Source of the DNA: the human T2T-CHM13v2.0 reference genome, Homo sapiens
Direction: 5' to 3' (one strand)
DNA: 64,000 nt
Assembly (NCBI RefSeq): GCF_009914755.1
Contig: NC_060934.1
Position 1 is the stretch's first letter, and each line of letters starts with the position of its first letter. The notes under the pieces were generated by a model. It did no database searches. It saw only the letters and a list, made by a program, of their open reading frames with translations, and was not told the DNA's origin. Below are positions 57,539 to 64,000 of this stretch, in pieces. A program made the position numbers and the translations under genes.

Positions 57539-58679
57539 TTTGGAGCTTTGGGGAAAGAGGCCTTTAGGACTTCTACTTTCCAGCCCACCTGAAAGATGGG
57601 GCCTCCTTTCAGCAGTCTGGGACATCAGCCTGCTTCCTGCTGATTTAGGAAAAAGCCCCCAGGCGCCACCTCCTTTATATATTCCCCATCAGACTCTTCA
57701 CCGGGGTGGAAAGTCTCTTTTCCAAGGTCTGGCTGGGGCTCAGCTGGGAAGATATGACAGCGTCCCGGGAAGCTGCCTCACACCAGTTTGGGTTTAACAT
57801 ATAATCAAATCAGAGTGACAGCAGATGGAAACAGTCTTCTGTTGCCGCAGGAGCCGTCCTTGAGTTCAGAAACAAAGACGGGGGCAAGAAAGACAAGACA
57901 AAGTGTGCATTTGTACATGTGTGTTCACACCCATGCACTTGTGCATAGGAAAAATAAGAAGGACTTCCCCAAAATCTTTTATTGGGTCTTATCTCTAGAG
58001 GGAATGGGAAAGGAGACTTTCTTCTACATTCTAACAAAGAATTTAATTCTCAAGGTGTTTAAACAAAAAATAAAGGTGAAGCAGCCAGAGGTGTCAAGTT
58101 CCCTGAGTGGTTTTTAAGGTCAGAAGTAAGGAAATCAGCAGCTGACTTTCTTCCTTCTTTGAGTACTTCTTGGGAAGTTTTCTGTGTAAAACTCAAAATT
58201 TTTTGGAGTAAAAGTGCACAGAAAACCCTGGGGTGGTTGTCGTCCCTCCAGGCCACCTTGGTGCATTATTATGCATTAGGACACCCATTTTAGCAAGGCC
58301 CATGACTTACAGGGGCACCTCACTTAATCCAGCCCTAGGTCGTGAGGTAGTCCTCATAATTTACTTTTTCAGATAATCAAAGCTTACCCTTTAAAGGCCA
58401 AATATAAAAAATAAATTGAGCTACTTAAAAAAAAACAGAAACCTTTCAAAATATTACATGTGCTTATTGAACACTTTCAGAATAAAGTTTTATTAATAAT
58501 TCAAATTCTGGATTTGGAGTTAGGAGACCTGGAGTTTAGCCGTGGCATTTGTAAGATTGTCTCCTTGAGCCTCAGTAATTCTTCATAGTCTGTTTCCTAG
58601 AGAGTAGTGGCAAGGGTTGAAAGAGAGCAGTCAGGGAAAAAATGCTATTTCTCATTTTAAAAATACAGACATTGGGTAG

Positions 58680-58990
<311 letters not shown>

Positions 58991-60725
58991 GGAGTAGATG
59001 CTTTCTAAAGGAACTTCCACCTTTAAAATCTGTGATGGTTGTGTTCTATTATAAAGTGGCACCATTGGAGTCTAAGGGTGCTTGTTTGCCCTTACACTAA
59101 ATGGTCCCAAGTGTTTATGTGGTTCTGACACTGCCGTCCAGTGTGAGTTGTCCCCGATACCATTGTCAATATGCCTGAGAAAAAAAGTAATTTCCTGCCT
59201 TATTCTACACACAGCATTTTATACCTAGTCTGAGCGAGAATCTGAGAGTGATCTTTCCTATAGTATAGAGTAGGGTACATGGATCTTTTCACAATAAGCT
59301 GCTGCTCGGAGGCATTTGTCACTTCTGAGTTTGCAACTGTGTCAGAGGCCCCCAGAAGGCTGCTTCCAGTGAAGTGAGGTATTAACACTGAATAGATTTG
59401 GATATACTCCTGGTCACAGTCCGTTCACTTAAGAGAGAAGTATTTGTGGGGGAAAAAAGTTGCCTATAAAGCATATTTCCAAGTTTTACTCTTCCTTATT
59501 AATTTTCATTATAAACTTGGAAATGTGTTTCTAGGGAGAATTTTTGGCCCTAAGAGGTAATAAAATCACACTGCAGAATGCAGCAGACCTTATAAAAGCA
59601 CATATTTAAGGGAAAATTCTAATTTTACAGCACACTTTTGTGTTCAGCTTGTGTGCCTTACTTATACCGGTGAGGGCGTTTGGATTTGACACAGCTGCTC
59701 AAAAGGTCTAAAGTAAAACCGCCGGCTGCCTAGTGCTGAGAACCTGACTGTAGCTCTCAACTCCTACCTGGAAAAAGACACAAACAGAAACAACTGTAAC
59801 TGAGTACTGTGCACTTTTTGAGTTGTTTAGCTCCTTAAACAGCTACAGAGGCTGCTGGTCTTTAGCACCAACTGGGCTCCTCAGGCTGGAGGATACCATA
59901 GTGGGCAGCCCCGGATTCCAAATGCAGCAGGAAGGGAAAGGAACTGGGGGATAGGAGGTCATGGCTCAGAAAAGATCCCCCTGCAGTGATGGACCGCATG
60001 GTTCCTGAAAATGAAAATCTCAGCAGGGGTTTTCAGGTAGTCCATTCAACTAGTTTCTTGATTTATAATTTTCATAATATATGTGCCTTAAAATCTTATG
60101 CAAGCATCTGGGTTATGAAACAAGGTAAAATAGAGATGGTTATTTGCATTCTAGAAGGATTCCCTTTTACAAAAAATTCACATTAGATCTTTTATAAACC
60201 GTGCATTTAAAATATGGCATGTGCCTACGATTTTGTTTAAATGCAGCTTTGGAGCGTTTTTTTGTTTTTGCTTTTTTCTTTTTTTTTAAGCAAGGTATAC
60301 CTGAAAAGAGTGAATTTCTATATTTGGACTTTCTGAATCATGATACAGACCTGCCGAACAGCTTTCACCCTCTTAATTATTTTTTCCTCTGCATGTTTTT
60401 GAGGGAAAAAGTGTGCTTCAACTCCTTTTTGGGATCCAAATTTTCTCCATTACCAGAAACAACCCTTTTCCTAATCTTCACATCTTCTCCTTGCTTGAAG
60501 CCACACCTGAGGGTTTCTTGACTCCACTTGGCTCTTCTCAGAGCTTCATTCCAGTTCCTTTTGCCTGAGCACCCATGAGATGCGCTTTGAGGGTTGTCTA
60601 ATGTTGAAATGCTCTACTGAAATTTCAGAAGTTGTGAGGTCCCTCCTTAGATTAACAAAGCTGAGAGTAAAGGCCCAACACTCCCACTTTCATCTTGTGC
60701 TAGTTACCTAGTGTGGTGCCGGTGA

Positions 60726-60965
<240 letters not shown>

Positions 60966-61083
60966 TGAGGTGGGGGTGGGCTGTGGGCTGCTGGCTCTTG
61001 AGGGCAGGGACCATGTCTTGTTCACCTCCTCGCCTCCAGTGTGCCACCTGGACACAGCACTCTATAAATGTTTGTTTGAATGA

Positions 61084-61407
<324 letters not shown>

Positions 61408-61486
61408 TGAGTAGCGTGGAAGGCACCCTGTGTGCTTGTGTATGAGCGGGGTGTAGGGTGGGGTTTGATCTGGCGTTAGGATCATT

Positions 61487-61567
61487 ATTCAGGCCGGTCC
61501 TGCAGAGAGGAAGCCCTTCTGCTTACAGGTATTGGAAGGGCTTCCTCTCTGCAGGACCGGCCTGAAT
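61487..61567. ncRNA. MIR3158: miR-3158 precursor hairpin (annotated on both strands as MIR3158-1 and MIR3158-2)
   Basis: Perfect 37-bp inverted repeat (61483-61519 / 61535-61571) with a 15-nt loop; arm AAGGGCTTCCTCTCTGCAGGAC (61536-61557) matches miR-3158-3p as recalled. Confidence 0.85.
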
Positions 61568-63494
61568 AATGTAATCAGCTCCATCGGGGAAGAGAAACTT
61601 GAATGAGTATCTAGTATAGTACCTGGCATAGATAGGGGCTCAGTAAATATTTGTTGAATGAATGAGATGATGAGGGAAATCACAGGACCATTAACTTGTG
61701 GTCTCAGGTGGTTCTGCTGAAAGGTTATTATGACCTTGGTCTCCTGACTGGAGCCAGGCCTTGGTAAGGGTGGCCTGGTGACATCACTGTCAGAGCTGGC
61801 AGGGAGCCATAGCTTGGAAGGCACCCCTGTCTGAAGTGGGAGTGACAGTCCTTTAAAGCAGTACTTGACAGCAGTTTAAAGCAGACTGGGCAGCAGTAAA
61901 CCTAATCCCTCCCCAGACTGACAGTGGGGCAGATGCTTGGGCCGCTTGGAAGTCTCTTGCATAATGCTTCAAAAGGGGTACTCAACTTCCCTTTGTGGTC
62001 CCCTAGAGGGGAGGCAAACTGCAGGGGTTGAAAGGACAGAAGGTGGCCACAGTGCATTTCCATTTTGGAAATGCATTGATCTCATTTAGGTTTCTGGAGC
62101 CCTGACTGATCACAGGAGAACAATGCCCTGTGTGAGGCCTGAAGGGAATGACCCTGAAATGAATCAATCTTGACCTGGGCTAGAGAGAATACAGTCTAGG
62201 GACAACTCCCACAAAATAGATTTGGGCATTGAGATGGGAGGTTTTATAAGTTACCTGTCTGCAAGCTGTGAAGCCATTCAACATGCCTCATGGGGATGCC
62301 CCCACCCATCTCTTGCTTTACATGCAGTAATGGGGACACAGCTCCTTGTGCATCTCCTCAGGTGATGTGGTGCCAGTCTCCCCTTCCATCTCCCTCAGGC
62401 TCACGAGGCCCACAGGGAAGCAGGGTAGCTCCCAGACTCCCCCATCGCAGCCCTGGGTGCTGCCATCCTCTTGTGACCCCCATATCCCATTGCTTTGGCA
62501 GGGTTAAGAGGACAGGGGAAAGGGTGGAGATGGATGAATTAATTTCAGGATTATTGCTGTACATGCAGCCAGCAGCCCCTGCAGTGGGCCTTGTCTATAA
62601 ATATAAAGTCATAATAATAAGGGTTTGTGTTTATAAAGCACTTTGAAGCCCTCAGATAAGAGGCAGTTTATTCCCGTTATTGTTCTCATCATTAACAGGA
62701 GTCACTGCCTAAAGTGGAATTTAGCAATTTCAGACAACAGAGAAATTGCCTGTAGGAGAACAAACTCCATGCTTCAGCAAGCATTCCTTGGTGGAAGAGG
62801 CCTTGGGTCCAAACTGGGAACAAAAGTGCTTCTGATAGCACTTGAATCTGCAGCCCAGCACTTTGTGAAGCTGGCTGCTGCCTCTTTTTTGTCCCCCAGA
62901 GGTCACTGTCGAATACAGATATCAGACAGAAATGTGATTACCAGGGAGTGAGGAAAGAGGCTAGCTAGCTCACCAAAAAATTCATCTGCCAGCATATCCT
63001 CTGGGTCCCATCTCCTGCGCACATCCAGCCATAGGTGGTGCTGTTGGCCAGGAGCTCCATGGCTGGAGGCCCAGGCTAGCTCTCAAGGCAAGCAGGGGTT
63101 GTTGGACATTTTTGAAATGATGGGTGAGGCCAGGTGGGATGGGAGTGATGCCCCTGGAGGGGCAGGGCTGAGGGTTGGATTCCCATAGAGGACAGAGGAG
63201 TGTTTCAGGGCCCACTTTGGAACCCACACTGAGCCTCTGGTCCAGTGTCCCAGCCTGGCTCATCCCTGCCCTCCTCAGGTCTCTCTGTTGGGAGGTAACC
63301 TAGAGGCCGCTGAACCCTTAGCCAGATCGTTCCCGAACCTAGTGGCATTTTTACCTTCTACCTGGAAGAATGTATTTTATACCTTTACTCCCATTAATTA
63401 TATAGAACTCAATGGGTATTCCTTTATTATTATTATTAATTTGGAAGGGAGAGATTTATTTCTCATCAGGGGTTACAGCCTGCATAGACATTCT

Positions 63495-63990
<496 letters not shown>

Positions 63991-64000
63991 GTTTAAACAA

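Overview
Human genomic DNA, recognisable from its protein sequences as the 10q24.32 BTRC-POLL-DPCD segment, which lies between LBX1 and FGF8 in the SHFM3 duplication region. It contains four gene-level elements. (i) The 3' end of BTRC on +: last coding exon 10739-10931, an intron inside the 3'UTR, and a ~4.2-kb terminal exon ending near 17360. (ii) The complete POLL (DNA polymerase lambda) gene on -: 8 coding exons summing to 1728 nt (575 aa), carrying the Pro221 allele. (iii) DPCD exons 1-4 on +, head-to-head with POLL on a CpG-island promoter with NF-Y, ETS, RFX X-box and YY1 motifs. (iv) The perfect palindromic MIR3158 hairpin in DPCD intron 4. The rest is L1/Alu/MIR/L2/MLT/DNA-transposon debris plus a series of AT-rich, homeobox/SOX/PBX-MEIS-dense blocks that look like developmental enhancers, a perfect CTCF motif at 30413-30426, and an AmnSINE1 remnant at 57325-57538 that is probably the known SINE-derived FGF8 diencephalon enhancer. 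The most unusual observations are: a palindromic X-box supplying a strong-Kozak ATG on both strands (a uORF for DPCD and an in-frame 48-aa extension for POLL); an upstream CpG-island donor in phase with DPCD exon 2 that would run antisense across all of POLL; a locally templated ~190-bp insertion in an L1; and a degenerate telomere-like tract in POLL intron 7. No prokaryote-type system or novel protein-coding gene is supported. Repeat subfamily calls and boundaries are by eye and approximate.
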